Assembly (NCBI GenBank): GCA_001771185.1
Contig: METB01000001.1
Span: forward strand, 186,631 to 250,630
DNA from: a candidate division Kazan bacterium RIFCSPHIGHO2_01_FULL_44_14
Lineage (GTDB): Bacteria; Patescibacteriota; Kazan-3B-28
Direction of reading: 5' to 3'
Length of the DNA stretch: 64,000 nucleotides
Part shown: positions 46,388-57,100 of the stretch, one piece after another
Numbering within the stretch: position 1 is the stretch's first letter
How the letters are laid out: every line of letters begins with the position of its first letter
Notes under the pieces: model-generated
Database searches by the model: none
Told to the model about the DNA's origin: nothing
What the model saw: only the letters and a program-made list of their open reading frames with translations
Position numbers and translations under genes: made by a program

Positions 46388-46966
46388 ATGAAGCGAAAGA
46401 TATATTTAGCCGAGCATCCGAAAGAACTAACTGTCCTGCGCGAAGTTAGCACTCCCGTAACCAAAGTTGACGATAAAATTCGCCAACTGATTTTAGATAT
46501 GTTCGATTCGATGCGCGCTGATAATGGCATCGGCTTGTCCGCCCCACAAGTCGGAGAATTGAAGCGGATTATCATTGCCGAATATATAACTGGCAAACCC
46601 GCCCGCAACGCTTCGCCAGCCCGCAGTAGTTACAGCGTTTCTGGCGGGCGTAGCGATGCGGGCGAGGGACCAGTCCCTCGGACTGCGATTATCAATCCTG
46701 AAATTATTTGGACATCAAAAAAACAAGTGCTGGACGAAGAGGGCTGTTTGTCTTTCCCGAATTTATTTGGGATGGTAAAACGGCCGGAAAAAATTCGTTA
46801 TCGGGGGATAGATGAAACCGGCAATGTGATTGAAGCCAAAGCGACCGGACTATTGGCTCGAGTAATCCAGCATGAATACGACCATTTAGATGGAGTGCTG
46901 TTTATCGATAAATTAGAGGGCCAACTTTACACCTACGAGACACAAGATGATGCAGAGAAACTCTAA
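46388..46966 (+). CDS. def: Peptide deformylase, with an in-frame insertion of about 28 aa between motifs I and II.
   Basis: GIGLSAPQ, EEGCLSFP and HEYDHLDG motifs. Start taken at the internal ATG (MKRKIYL). The insertion maps to about 46598-46688. Confidence 0.9.
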   Translation: MKRKIYLAEHPKELTVLREVSTPVTKVDDKIRQLILDMFDSMRADNGIGLSAPQVGELKRIIIAEYITGKPARNASPARSSYSVSGGRSDAGEGPVPRTAIINPEIIWTSKKQVLDEEGCLSFPNLFGMVKRPEKIRYRGIDETGNVIEAKATGLLARVIQHEYDHLDGVLFIDKLEGQLYTYETQDDAEKL

Positions 46967-46967
46967 A

Positions 46968-47097
46968 TCCGAAACCCTAAATCCTAAACAAATCCCAAGT
47001 CCTAAATCCCAAATTCAAAACAAAAACCAAAGCTAACTGTTTGAGATTTAGAATTTATAATTTGTTTAGAGTTTAGATATTAGGATTTAGAATTTCT
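46968..47097. repeat. 130-nt low-complexity imperfect palindrome (CTAAATCC-type units) filling the def-fmt intergenic spacer.
   Basis: Left half CTAAATCCGAAACCCTAAATCCTAAACAAATCCCAAGTCCTAAATCCCAAATTC mirrors right half GAGATTTAGAATTTATAATTTGTTTAGAGTTTAGATATTAGGATTTAGAATTTC. Confidence 0.7.
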
Positions 47098-48057
47098 ATG
47101 AAGATGGCCACAAGACATCGAATAGCATTTATGGGTACACCGGAATTCGCAGTGCCTTCACTCCGGGCGTTATTAAGTGATGCTCAATTTGAAGTGGTCG
47201 CAGTCGTTACTCAACCAGACAAGCCAGTCGGCAGAAAGCAGACCATTACTCCCTCCCCTGTTAAAGCAGTAGCCCAAGAACAGGGGATTACTGTCTTGCA
47301 ACCAAGCAAAGTAAAAACTAATGCTGATTTTTGGGCTGAACTCCGAGAATTAAATCCGGATGTAATTGTAGTAGTGGCTTATGGCAAGATTCTGCCACAA
47401 GAGATTTTGGATATTCCACCAAAAGGCATTGTAAATGTTCATGCTTCGTTATTACCAAAATACCGCGGGGCTTCGCCAATTTCGGCTTCGATTTTAAATG
47501 GCGACAGCGAGACCGGCGTTACAATTATGAAAATGGACCTTGAGATGGATACTGGTAGCATCATCGCTAAAAGCCAGCCGGTATCAATCTCCCCCACCGA
47601 CACCACCCAGTCGCTAACTACAAAACTGGCAGAAGTGGGAGCGAAAACTTTGATTGAAAATTTGTCAAAATATTTAGACGGCGAAATTACGCCAACTCCA
47701 CAGAATGAAGCGGAAGCGACCTATGTAAAAATGCTCCAGAAAGAGGATGGGTTGATTAATTGGCAAAATGACGAAGACCTTATCTCTCGCCAAGTTCGGG
47801 CCTATACCCCCTGGCCGTCGGCTCACACACGGTTACCCCTCGACTCCGCTCGGGGTGACAATTGCATTGTCAAAATAATCTCTGCCGAAGTAGCCCCTGA
47901 TATCGATAATCCTAAGGGCAAAATCCAAAAAATTGGTCAAGAGATGTTTATTGGCAAATTAAAAGTTAGTCAATTACAACCAGCCGGCGGTAAACCAATG
48001 TCTGGTAGTGCATTTTTGGCTGGTCACGCCGATTTAATTGGCATTTCCGTGCTATAA
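47098..48057 (+). CDS. fmt: Methionyl-tRNA formyltransferase.
   Basis: RIAFMGTPEFAVPSLRAL...VVTQPDKPVGRK...HASLLPKYRGASPI; def-fmt operon order. Confidence 0.9.
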   Translation: MKMATRHRIAFMGTPEFAVPSLRALLSDAQFEVVAVVTQPDKPVGRKQTITPSPVKAVAQEQGITVLQPSKVKTNADFWAELRELNPDVIVVVAYGKILPQEILDIPPKGIVNVHASLLPKYRGASPISASILNGDSETGVTIMKMDLEMDTGSIIAKSQPVSISPTDTTQSLTTKLAEVGAKTLIENLSKYLDGEITPTPQNEAEATYVKMLQKEDGLINWQNDEDLISRQVRAYTPWPSAHTRLPLDSARGDNCIVKIISAEVAPDIDNPKGKIQKIGQEMFIGKLKVSQLQPAGGKPMSGSAFLAGHADLIGISVL

Positions 48058-48122
48058 TTAAAGCGGTTTTATTGACAAGTTTGTTAATAAGAAGTTATAT
48101 CATTAACTTCCAAGGAGGAGAC

Positions 48123-48266
48123 CATGGCGTATCTCTATCTCCTAATCGGTATCGTGGACCTGATTCTGGTCTTCATTAACCGGGACTGGGGTTTCACGCT
48201 GGCCGTGATCCTCGGTATTGTCTATGTGGTGTTCGGCCTCTATGAGGTCTTCATGCCACGCAAATA
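48123..48266 (+). CDS. Putative 47-aa hydrophobic small membrane peptide (not in the supplied ORF track because it is under 60 aa).
   Basis: GGAGGAGACC ATGGCGTATCTC...; translates MAYLYLLIGIVDLILVFINRDWGFTLAVILGIVYVVFGLYEVFMPRK*; followed by a terminator at 48301-48326. Confidence 0.4.
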
Positions 48267-48300
48267 GGATTCGTTCTGTTATTATCTTTTGGATCCACAA

Positions 48301-48326
48301 AAGCCCCTGCTTCGCGGGGGTTTTTG
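48301..48326 (+). terminator. Rho-independent terminator.
   Basis: AAAAGCCCCTGCTTCGCGGGGGTTTTT. Confidence 0.65.
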
Positions 48327-48399
48327 ATACACAAGTTGTAGAACAATCTGTTCTTATTGGGACCCATCGAGCAAATTTTCTCTCTTCTTGCCCGAGCAT

Positions 48400-48515
48400 T
48401 GGAGTATGTGTAATTTTGAATGATGAATTTTGAATTTTGAGTGAATATCTTAATGCCTTAATTTTGAAACATTCAGTCATTCGAGTTTGATTCGAAATTC
48501 GAAATTAAGAATTAG
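48400..48515. repeat. About 105-nt dispersed element (TAATTTTGAATGA..AATTTTGAATTTTGAGTG..CTTAATTTTGAAACATTCAGTCA..TTGATTCGAAATTCGAAATT); second copy at 51890-51995.
   Basis: The two copies align at about 90% identity along their length. Confidence 0.75.
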
Positions 48516-48617
48516 AAATTGTCCCAACGGATGGGGTGGCAAAAGAAACAGCCGTCAGTAGACGGCTTAGATTCTTCTTCTGCTGGACAGCAGAATCAGA
48601 ATGACAAGAAAATAAAA

Positions 48618-49064
48618 TTACCCTCTTAAAAAATAAATCAGAAAAGCAACTAACACTACTTGCGGTAGCAACCCAATAACCCATGTTTTTGGTTCACAGG
48701 CATATTGGAGGACAGCCGTGTGCCAATGGTTAAATTGTTTTACAATCGGCAGAGTTATCCATTTGGGCCAGAGATATTTTGGCGCAATCAAAAAATCAGG
48801 TAGAACTGCAAAGCCACCAATCAAAAGCCCGTACCAACGAAGCTCGGTCGGAACCAGCCACCACCACAGTCCAAACGCTAACAGACCATCGGCAACGGTC
48901 AGAATAATATTGGTCAATGTGGGCATCGGTTTACCGATGTAATCCCAGTGCGGAATTGAGTCCAACACGAAATGCGAAGTTACCGCGGCAATCGCGGCCG
49001 GGACGGCTTCTGGAATACCTTTGGCAATCACCACTCCGGCTAAGAGATGTGGAGTAATCAGCAT
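48618..49064 (-). CDS. Membrane-bound metal-dependent hydrolase-like protein (DUF457/YdjM-like).
   Basis: SHFVLDSIPHWDY His/Asp motif at the N-terminus, then three or four TM helices. Confidence 0.4.
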   Translation of the reverse strand: MLITPHLLAGVVIAKGIPEAVPAAIAAVTSHFVLDSIPHWDYIGKPMPTLTNIILTVADGLLAFGLWWWLVPTELRWYGLLIGGFAVLPDFLIAPKYLWPKWITLPIVKQFNHWHTAVLQYACEPKTWVIGLLPQVVLVAFLIYFLRG

Positions 49065-49324
49065 TACTTCAACAGGGTATGGTTCATCACTTCACTAATC
49101 CTAGCAAAAAAGTCGCCTACAACTGGTAAGACCCCCAATTTTTCCAAAGTAAATCCAATTAAATACAACACCAATGCCAAGCCAACCGTGGCACCGAGGG
49201 CGGTAAATAACCCACCCACAAATGAGCGGGCGATTAAGTTCCCCCAACTGTTGTAGTATTTCTCAAGCGCTTTCGAAAAATCCCCCAACGCTCTGTCCTT
49301 AACCGTCAACGACTGTTTTTTCAT
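49064..49324 (-). CDS. Hypothetical small membrane protein.
   Basis: ORF with two hydrophobic helices. Confidence 0.35.
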   Translation of the reverse strand: MKKQSLTVKDRALGDFSKALEKYYNSWGNLIARSFVGGLFTALGATVGLALVLYLIGFTLEKLGVLPVVGDFFARISEVMNHTLLK

Positions 49325-49341
49325 CTCCCATATTATATCAA

Positions 49342-49812
49342 CTAAACCGTCATGTGTTGATTAATATCATACAGTGAGTACGCGACATTATTCACCCAAT
49401 GTCCATACGGCTTCACATATTTCCAAGTAGCCACCATGGCTTTGGGGTCGGGCTTACCGTCCTTGGAGTCATATTTGAACAAAAGTTCTGAAGTGTATTT
49501 TATGGATTCTTCCCACGAAGCGAAGTCACGAGTTCCACCATACTTCTTACTCCCGGATTGATAGTCCTTAATTCCCCATGCGTTATAAGTTCCACCCAGG
49601 TGTTTGCCGTATCCACTTTCGGCAGCAGAGAGAGCCACAATCATTTCCCAGTTAGGATATTCAATCAACACTTCGGCTGGCATTGGACTACTTTTTTCGG
49701 CTAGGAAATTTTGCAATGCCAAAGTCGCCGGATCCGTAATCGGAACCGGACTGTGGATACCCATAATTGTGGATGCAAAAAGGGCCACTAGGGCCCCCAA
49801 TAATCCATTCAT
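49342..49812 (-). CDS. Peptidoglycan hydrolase, glucosaminidase (FlgJ/GH73-like) domain.
   Basis: Signal peptide; IVALSAAESGYGKHLGGTYNAWGIK matches the GH73 ESGWG...NN-FGIK core. Confidence 0.55.
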   Translation of the reverse strand: MNGLLGALVALFASTIMGIHSPVPITDPATLALQNFLAEKSSPMPAEVLIEYPNWEMIVALSAAESGYGKHLGGTYNAWGIKDYQSGSKKYGGTRDFASWEESIKYTSELLFKYDSKDGKPDPKAMVATWKYVKPYGHWVNNVAYSLYDINQHMTV

Positions 49813-49900
49813 AGGCGGTTTTTAAGTAGCCGCCCCCAGATATTCGACTGGTTTGAACTCTACCTGAAAATGGGCTTTTGGTCAAGAGCGAGTAGGAAGA

Positions 49901-50146
49901 TTAGGTTAACAAGTGTTTATTGGCAAATGCTTTCCCAGAACCAGCTTTTAGATAGGTTTCGAACTTTTCAGCTTGGGCTTTTGTCTTGAATGCTATGTAG
50001 CAAATCATGTCCCACGGTTTGAACTTGCTAGTATGTGGCGATTGACCAGCGTTGTGTGCAACAAACCGAGATTTTAAATCGGATGTACTACCAATATATG
50101 TTTGCATTTTATTCTTATGACTGCGAAGCAGATAAACGTAATACAT
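49901..50146 (-). CDS. Small GIY-YIG nuclease-domain protein.
   Basis: MYYVYLLRSHKNKMQTYIGSTSDLKSRFVAHN; start at the internal ATG; lies next to tRNA-Ala. Confidence 0.7.
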   Translation of the reverse strand: MYYVYLLRSHKNKMQTYIGSTSDLKSRFVAHNAGQSPHTSKFKPWDMICYIAFKTKAQAEKFETYLKAGSGKAFANKHLLT

Positions 50147-50272
50147 AATTTTATTATGCCCTACTACGCTAAAGCTACGAAGGGCAACCTTCGCTGTTTT
50201 CTCTACATTAAAATCTGTGCCATAAGCACACCTTGAGCGGCGCAGCCAACCGTAGCTCGATAGAGCGAAGGT

Positions 50273-50346
50273 TGGTGGACCTAGGCAGAATTGAACTGCC
50301 GTCTCAGCAATGCGAATGCTGCGTACTACCGCTGTACTATAGGCCC
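50273..50346 (-). tRNA. tRNA-Ala (anticodon CGC) with the G3:U70 identity pair.
   Basis: Reverse complement is GGGCCTATAGTACAGCGGTAGTACGCAGCATTCGCATTGCTGAGACGGCAGTTCAATTCTGCCTAGGTCCACCA. Confidence 0.85.
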
Positions 50347-50464
50347 TCGTCGGAATGGATTCGCCTTGACGCACATCCCTCGGCTAGCTCGGGCCGGCTC
50401 TTGGGGCTCATCATTCCTCCTCTCAAAATCACAAACAGAAGATTAGTTCGTGATTTTGTTTTTT

Positions 50465-51805
<1,341 letters not shown>

Positions 51806-51816
51806 TCAATCTCTTG

Positions 51817-51883
51817 TCGTCATTCCGGCGAAGGCCGGAATCGTATAAGATTCTGGATGCGCTTCGCTTACCAGAATGACGGG
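51817..51883. repeat. Hairpin element (GTCATTCCGGCGAAGGCCGGAATCGTATAAGATTCTGGATGCGCTTCGCTTACCAGAATGACGG); second copy at 63064-63162.
   Basis: A 45-nt core identical in both copies. Confidence 0.8.
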
Positions 51884-51889
51884 AATTCT

Positions 51890-51995
51890 AGCAAGTAATT
51901 TTGAATGACAAATTTTGAATTTTGAGTGGATTACCTAATGTCTTAATTTTGAAACATTCAGTCACTTAGATTTGATTAGAAATTAGAAATTGGGT
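51890..51995. repeat. Second copy of the about 105-nt element seen at 48400-48515.
   Basis: Direct alignment. Confidence 0.75.
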
Positions 51996-52104
51996 TACCA
52001 TAACTTTTCATCGCAGATCCTTCCGTAGTTCTGCTGTACAACAGAACGAAAGAGGACTTTTTACTTATAACTTTTCACTTCCCCAGTTCTATCATACCTA
52101 ATAA

Positions 52105-52150
52105 AAAACCCTCGGGCTAAACCTGCCTGCCGGTAGGCAGGACCCGAGGG
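52105..52150 (-). terminator. Rho-independent terminator of the surface-protein operon, containing a nested CTGCCGGTAGGCAG palindrome.
   Basis: Minus strand reads GCCCTCGGG...CCCGAGGGTTTTTTATT. Confidence 0.65.
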
Positions 52151-52172
52151 CCAGTATGAGTTAGGATTTAGT

Positions 52173-53471
52173 TTAGGTCAAGTCAGAGTCAGTTGTGGCT
52201 GTGACTGTGGCCATCTTGCGGTAGGCCAACCAGGAGGCACCTAGTGCCATCAGAACTACACCAACCCATAGAATGTCCTCTGGACCATTATTGGGTAGTG
52301 TTCCCATTGTATAGGTATAACCCACGAAACTGGCTTGGGTGTCGCTAGCGGTTAGCACTCGCACCGTCAGGGTGGCTTGGGCAGTCAATGAAGAGTTGGC
52401 CGGAACCTGGACTAAAATTTGATTGTTGTTCCAGTCCAAGACCGTGGCCTCTAATAATCCAACAAAGACCTTGCTCTTGCTGGTATCGTATTCACCGAAG
52501 TTACCACCAGAAATTGTTACCTGTCTGGCGACATCTTTGTTGCCATAACTTGGTTGAACACTGGAGATGTATGGGTTAGAACCAATTGGGCCAGGATTAA
52601 AACCGCCACCGACCGTAACAGTAGCAAAGCCATTTTTTGTGACCGCACCCTGTGTTGCTGTCACAGCGACCTGTGCAGAACCGGTTGCACTTCCAGCGGT
52701 AAATGTAGTTGAACCACCGGAGATCGGACTGACGGTTCCGCCGATACCGATACCACCAGCGGGTTGTACCACGCTCCATGCGAATGTAACACCAGAAGCA
52801 ATTGTTGCTCCACTAGCATTCAACGCTGTCGCCGTAAACGATTGTGTACTATTAACAGCCACCGAAGCTGAAGTCGGAGAAATCGTTACTGAATTCAAAA
52901 CCTGATCGGTTGGTTGAGAACTGGTAATGGTAATATTGGCGGTACCACCACCATTGCTGGCCAAGATATCACCCTGGCTTGGGGTCTGATGAGCGACATT
53001 GGATTCTGACTGGCTGATACCAATCGTGGTACTACCAGTGTGTAATGTCTTGAAAGTTAGAGTAGAAACCTTGGCACTAGCCGAATTAACCGCAGTCGTA
53101 CTCCCCGGAGCAATCAACCCAGTTATAAGTTGTTTCCCACTTCCCCGCGCAAGGACGATTGGAATAGTAAATAAACTACCAGCATTATTAGCGCTGACAA
53201 ACTGCAAGTCGGTTGGAGTAAATGTGACTACCGCATCAACTCCGACTACCGGTTGACCGCCGGTATTAACCATCAAGTCAATTGTAAATTCGTTAGTAGC
53301 ACCCGCTACATAACTGGCGGTCTTGGTTGACGGACTAAAGAAAAGCGATGCTACAGTCGTACTTGATTGAGCGATTACCGGCATTACGCCCATCAGTGCC
53401 AATCCGGCACCGGTGAGTCCGCTTACTAATTTAACGATTTGCTGTTTCATTTTTGATTTTAAACCGGCCAA
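52173..53471 (-). CDS. Cell-surface protein with Ig-like (BIG2-type) repeats and a C-terminal TM anchor.
   Basis: Signal peptide; VTISPTSASVAVNSTQSFTATALNASGATIASGVTFAWSV repeat; C-terminal hydrophobic helix. Confidence 0.55.
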   Translation of the reverse strand: MAGLKSKMKQQIVKLVSGLTGAGLALMGVMPVIAQSSTTVASLFFSPSTKTASYVAGATNEFTIDLMVNTGGQPVVGVDAVVTFTPTDLQFVSANNAGSLFTIPIVLARGSGKQLITGLIAPGSTTAVNSASAKVSTLTFKTLHTGSTTIGISQSESNVAHQTPSQGDILASNGGGTANITITSSQPTDQVLNSVTISPTSASVAVNSTQSFTATALNASGATIASGVTFAWSVVQPAGGIGIGGTVSPISGGSTTFTAGSATGSAQVAVTATQGAVTKNGFATVTVGGGFNPGPIGSNPYISSVQPSYGNKDVARQVTISGGNFGEYDTSKSKVFVGLLEATVLDWNNNQILVQVPANSSLTAQATLTVRVLTASDTQASFVGYTYTMGTLPNNGPEDILWVGVVLMALGASWLAYRKMATVTATTDSDLT

Positions 53472-53508
53472 CCTTATTACTTCATTATACTACATTTAGC
53501 ATTTTTTG

Positions 53509-54123
53509 TCAAGAGGTAGGTGTAGTCGTCTCAACAGGGATAGAACCGGCTGTAGCCGACTCCTGCATCTGTCTCAAAAACTCGGAATAATCGCGAGAAT
53601 CGACTGCCCCGTCTCCGTTCAAGTCAGCTGAACCCTCGGAGCCGGACTCGCCTGTGACAGTAACTCCATCAGCACTAAAACTATTTAAAGAGAATTCATA
53701 AATCGCTTTGTCGGTAGCCACAAATTCAAATTGAGCATCTTTTTCTGGTTGACCAGAGACCGTCATTTTGATGATGTAACTTTCGCCAGCCAGTAGTCCC
53801 ATACCACGGAAAGTAATCATTCCGCTAGCATCAGTTAAAGCAACTGTCTTTTTCGCAAAACTTTCACCGCTGGCTTTGGCAATAAAGTCAAAATTGGCTA
53901 CATCTGGCGCAGTTGCTGGATTATAAGTAAGTGTAATTGAACTATCAATTACTGAAGCACCGGCACCAATTAGTTTCAAAAATCCCTCTAAGAAATTGCT
54001 TTGAGTTAGTAAGGTTACAGCTACCACTAAACCAGCCAACGAGACCAAGGCCGTAACGACCCAACGATAATTTTTTGGTTGGGGTTGGGGTTGAAGTTCT
54101 GGTTGTGGGGTTAAATCTTCCAT
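53509..54123 (-). CDS. Membrane-anchored protein with a dockerin-like Ca-binding motif.
   Basis: N-terminal TM; C-terminal DLNGDGAVDSRDYSEF. Confidence 0.45.
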   Translation of the reverse strand: MEDLTPQPELQPQPQPKNYRWVVTALVSLAGLVVAVTLLTQSNFLEGFLKLIGAGASVIDSSITLTYNPATAPDVANFDFIAKASGESFAKKTVALTDASGMITFRGMGLLAGESYIIKMTVSGQPEKDAQFEFVATDKAIYEFSLNSFSADGVTVTGESGSEGSADLNGDGAVDSRDYSEFLRQMQESATAGSIPVETTTPTS

Positions 54124-54126
54124 GGT

Positions 54127-57100
54127 TTATTGAGGTTGAGGATTAGATATACCATCGGTGTGCATAGCACCATCGCTCCACCAGTTGCTGTAGAACCAAG
54201 GAGTATCAAGAGCGTTGATTTCAGTATCGTTATTAAAATCGGACAGCTTGGTCAAAAATGTCTCAACCATTTCACTTATAAATTGGCCCCAGTCAGTCGA
54301 GTCAATTGTGTCCCAAGAGTCATAAGCATTGTCTCCAGTAGTTGCACCATAAGCGATATCTCCGGCTGGAAGTTCTGGGAACTCTAAACCGACTGCCAGA
54401 GGGGCGTTGTTGATTGTCTGGGTAACGATGAAACTGCTCCCAGTGACACCATTAACCTTGCTCGCTTTCTGCGAAAGATGTTGAGGGGTCTTGATGTAGG
54501 CGTTATAACTCTTACCCAACTCTAAATTGGACTGCACAGATGGGATTGTCATGCTCCCGTGATCGGTGGCATCAGTGACTAATGTAGAGTCCTGATAAAC
54601 GGATTGTAGGCCTTCGTATAACGCAAGAGTAAATCGCAAGTCAGGGTTCTTAATCTCGCCACGCTGGACTGGAGCGGTGAAAGCAATATTTACTTGCGGG
54701 ACAGTTCCATCGGGAGGTGTGACAGAGCCGACTATTAATGTAGTAACTGTGCTCCTTGCAACAAATTCACCGGCAGTCGCACTGACAATAAATGTATAGG
54801 TACCCGGAGTGGTGGAAGTAAGTTTTAGAGTTGCACCCCCCGGAACATTGGTGGTGACTGAATCAAAAGTAATCGCGACTTGACCTTCTGCCCAGCTTGG
54901 GTTAGCGATAGCAAGTGTTACTGAACCAGTAAAGGTCGGGCTATCGACTGGGATAACTGTGATAGTGTAATCCGCACTAGCACCAGTATCGATCGTTTTG
55001 GTATTTGGTGTAATGGTGATTTCAAACGGGGCATTAACAAAGTCGGTGCTGTAATTAATCGTCACACTAGTGACTGACGGTAGTTCAGTATCGAGAATAC
55101 TGTCTGTGATTTCGAAGGCAACCACTAATTGAATTTTAGTGGCTGAATTTAATACTCCTGCACCAAACTGACTGGCACGGTCAGCATCCAAAATTGACAA
55201 TGCGCCAGTATCACTCCGCTGTAACGGGAAAGCGTAAATAAGTTTGTCTTGACCACTGCCGTCTACCATATACAAGCTCAACCAATATTTAATAGTGGCG
55301 GTTTGGGAAAAGTTGCTTTCTGCCGCAGCCCCGCCAGTAATGTCGGTTAAGCGCGAATTGGTCTCACCGACTCCAAACAACGGTTTAATCGCAGACGCAA
55401 ATCGCATTTGATAATCAGATGGATTAGTGCCATCACCGGTATGACCGGCAGAGATTACTGAAAATGGGTCGGAATCTCTAGGGGTTGTTCCGCCACCCAA
55501 AGTTGCAATGAGATGAATTTTTTCATTAGCCAGTTCAGTAGGAACAGTCCATGAAAAATCATATTCTAGCCGATCATCCGGATTGATACCTTCTATGTTT
55601 TTAGGCGTCCCACCCGTAATGGCGTACTGGATAAACATAATATCGAACTTCGACATATCCCAACCATTAGGAGTGATTTGAATATGAATTGGCAAAATTT
55701 TACCAACCACCGCTACGGTTCGTGCGGTAGGAGTAGTGAAATTGATGAATGGGCCGTCACTAGAGGCAACAGTAAAGTCCACGGCTGGGAAACTACTTTT
55801 GGCATTTGCGGTTCCAACCGATAACTTATAAACCCAGGTGAAACTGAACCGATATTTCTTGCCTGCCGTTAAGACGGAGGTTTTATCACCGCTCCAAGTA
55901 TAAGAATCAGTTGGTCCCGTCGTGCTTGGTTCTAGTTGCACGATTTCTGTCCAATTATCTACTTTTTCTTGTCCGTCTGTACCCTTAACCACTTCACCAT
56001 AATGAATCTGTAAATATCGAGTATTTTGATGGAACTCTGGCTGTTGAGAAGTGTAAGCCGGTGGATAGGTCCACTTAATCGTATACGGCTGTCCAACCAT
56101 AACTTCGTTAGGTTGCGGTTGAGTAACGGTCAACCGTCCACCAAAGACCACTGGATAACTAGTGTAAACAAATGAGTTATCTCTAGAATAAAACACTAGG
56201 TTGGCTGCTTTACCAATCCAGAAAGCTGTATCCTTTTCACTAGTTGCCTCCAATGGATTTCTCCAATCATATGAGCCATCAGATAAGTTCACTGAACCTA
56301 CATCCATGGTTTCAGAGTCATCGGCCAACGCATATTTAACATGTGCTACTAGGTCTAGATTGGCAGGAACATTATCGGCCATACTCCATTTCAAAGTAAA
56401 AGACCGATATTCTTTACCATCGCTAAGAGTAACTAACTTTGGCTTAATCACACCATTGTCTGGCCCAGTTCCAATTTTCGTCGGACTGGTTAATTCGATT
56501 GGGGCAGTAGTAGAGTTAACTTTCAGATCGCCGGAGTTGGTTTTACTGTACTCTACGCTACCCTGGAGAGTACTTAATTTAGTGGTAATCAAAAACTTGA
56601 TCGTACTGCCGAGTTTGACATCTGTCGGAATGGTCCATTCTTTACTAGTAATAGATACTGGATCGATGTCTGGTGCAACTACCTGGCTCTTCCATGTCTT
56701 ACTTACAGAATCATAATTGTAATAAGCCGTGACATCTGCCTTAAGACCACTTGGAGGATTAGCTTTAACATTAACTGCCCATTTTAATATATATTTTGCT
56801 CCCGGATAAACTGGCCCAGCAGTTCCGACAGGAGCCGACCAAGTAACAAAACTACTTAGTGGCATAGATATCCTGTCGATTGCGCCAGCTACGGGCGTAC
56901 CGCGTCCTTCAGGATATTCGCCGTCAGCGGCATAACTAATAATCTGCATTCCTAGTGTCGGGCCAGAACCGCCGGTATAACTCCAAAATTGGGACCCAAT
57001 ATGGCTCCACAAAAAAGATACGACGCCATATGTGGTGGCGAGGTAAGATCCAAAATGGCCACCGGCCATCCACTCGTCAATTTTGAACAAATCCGGACTG

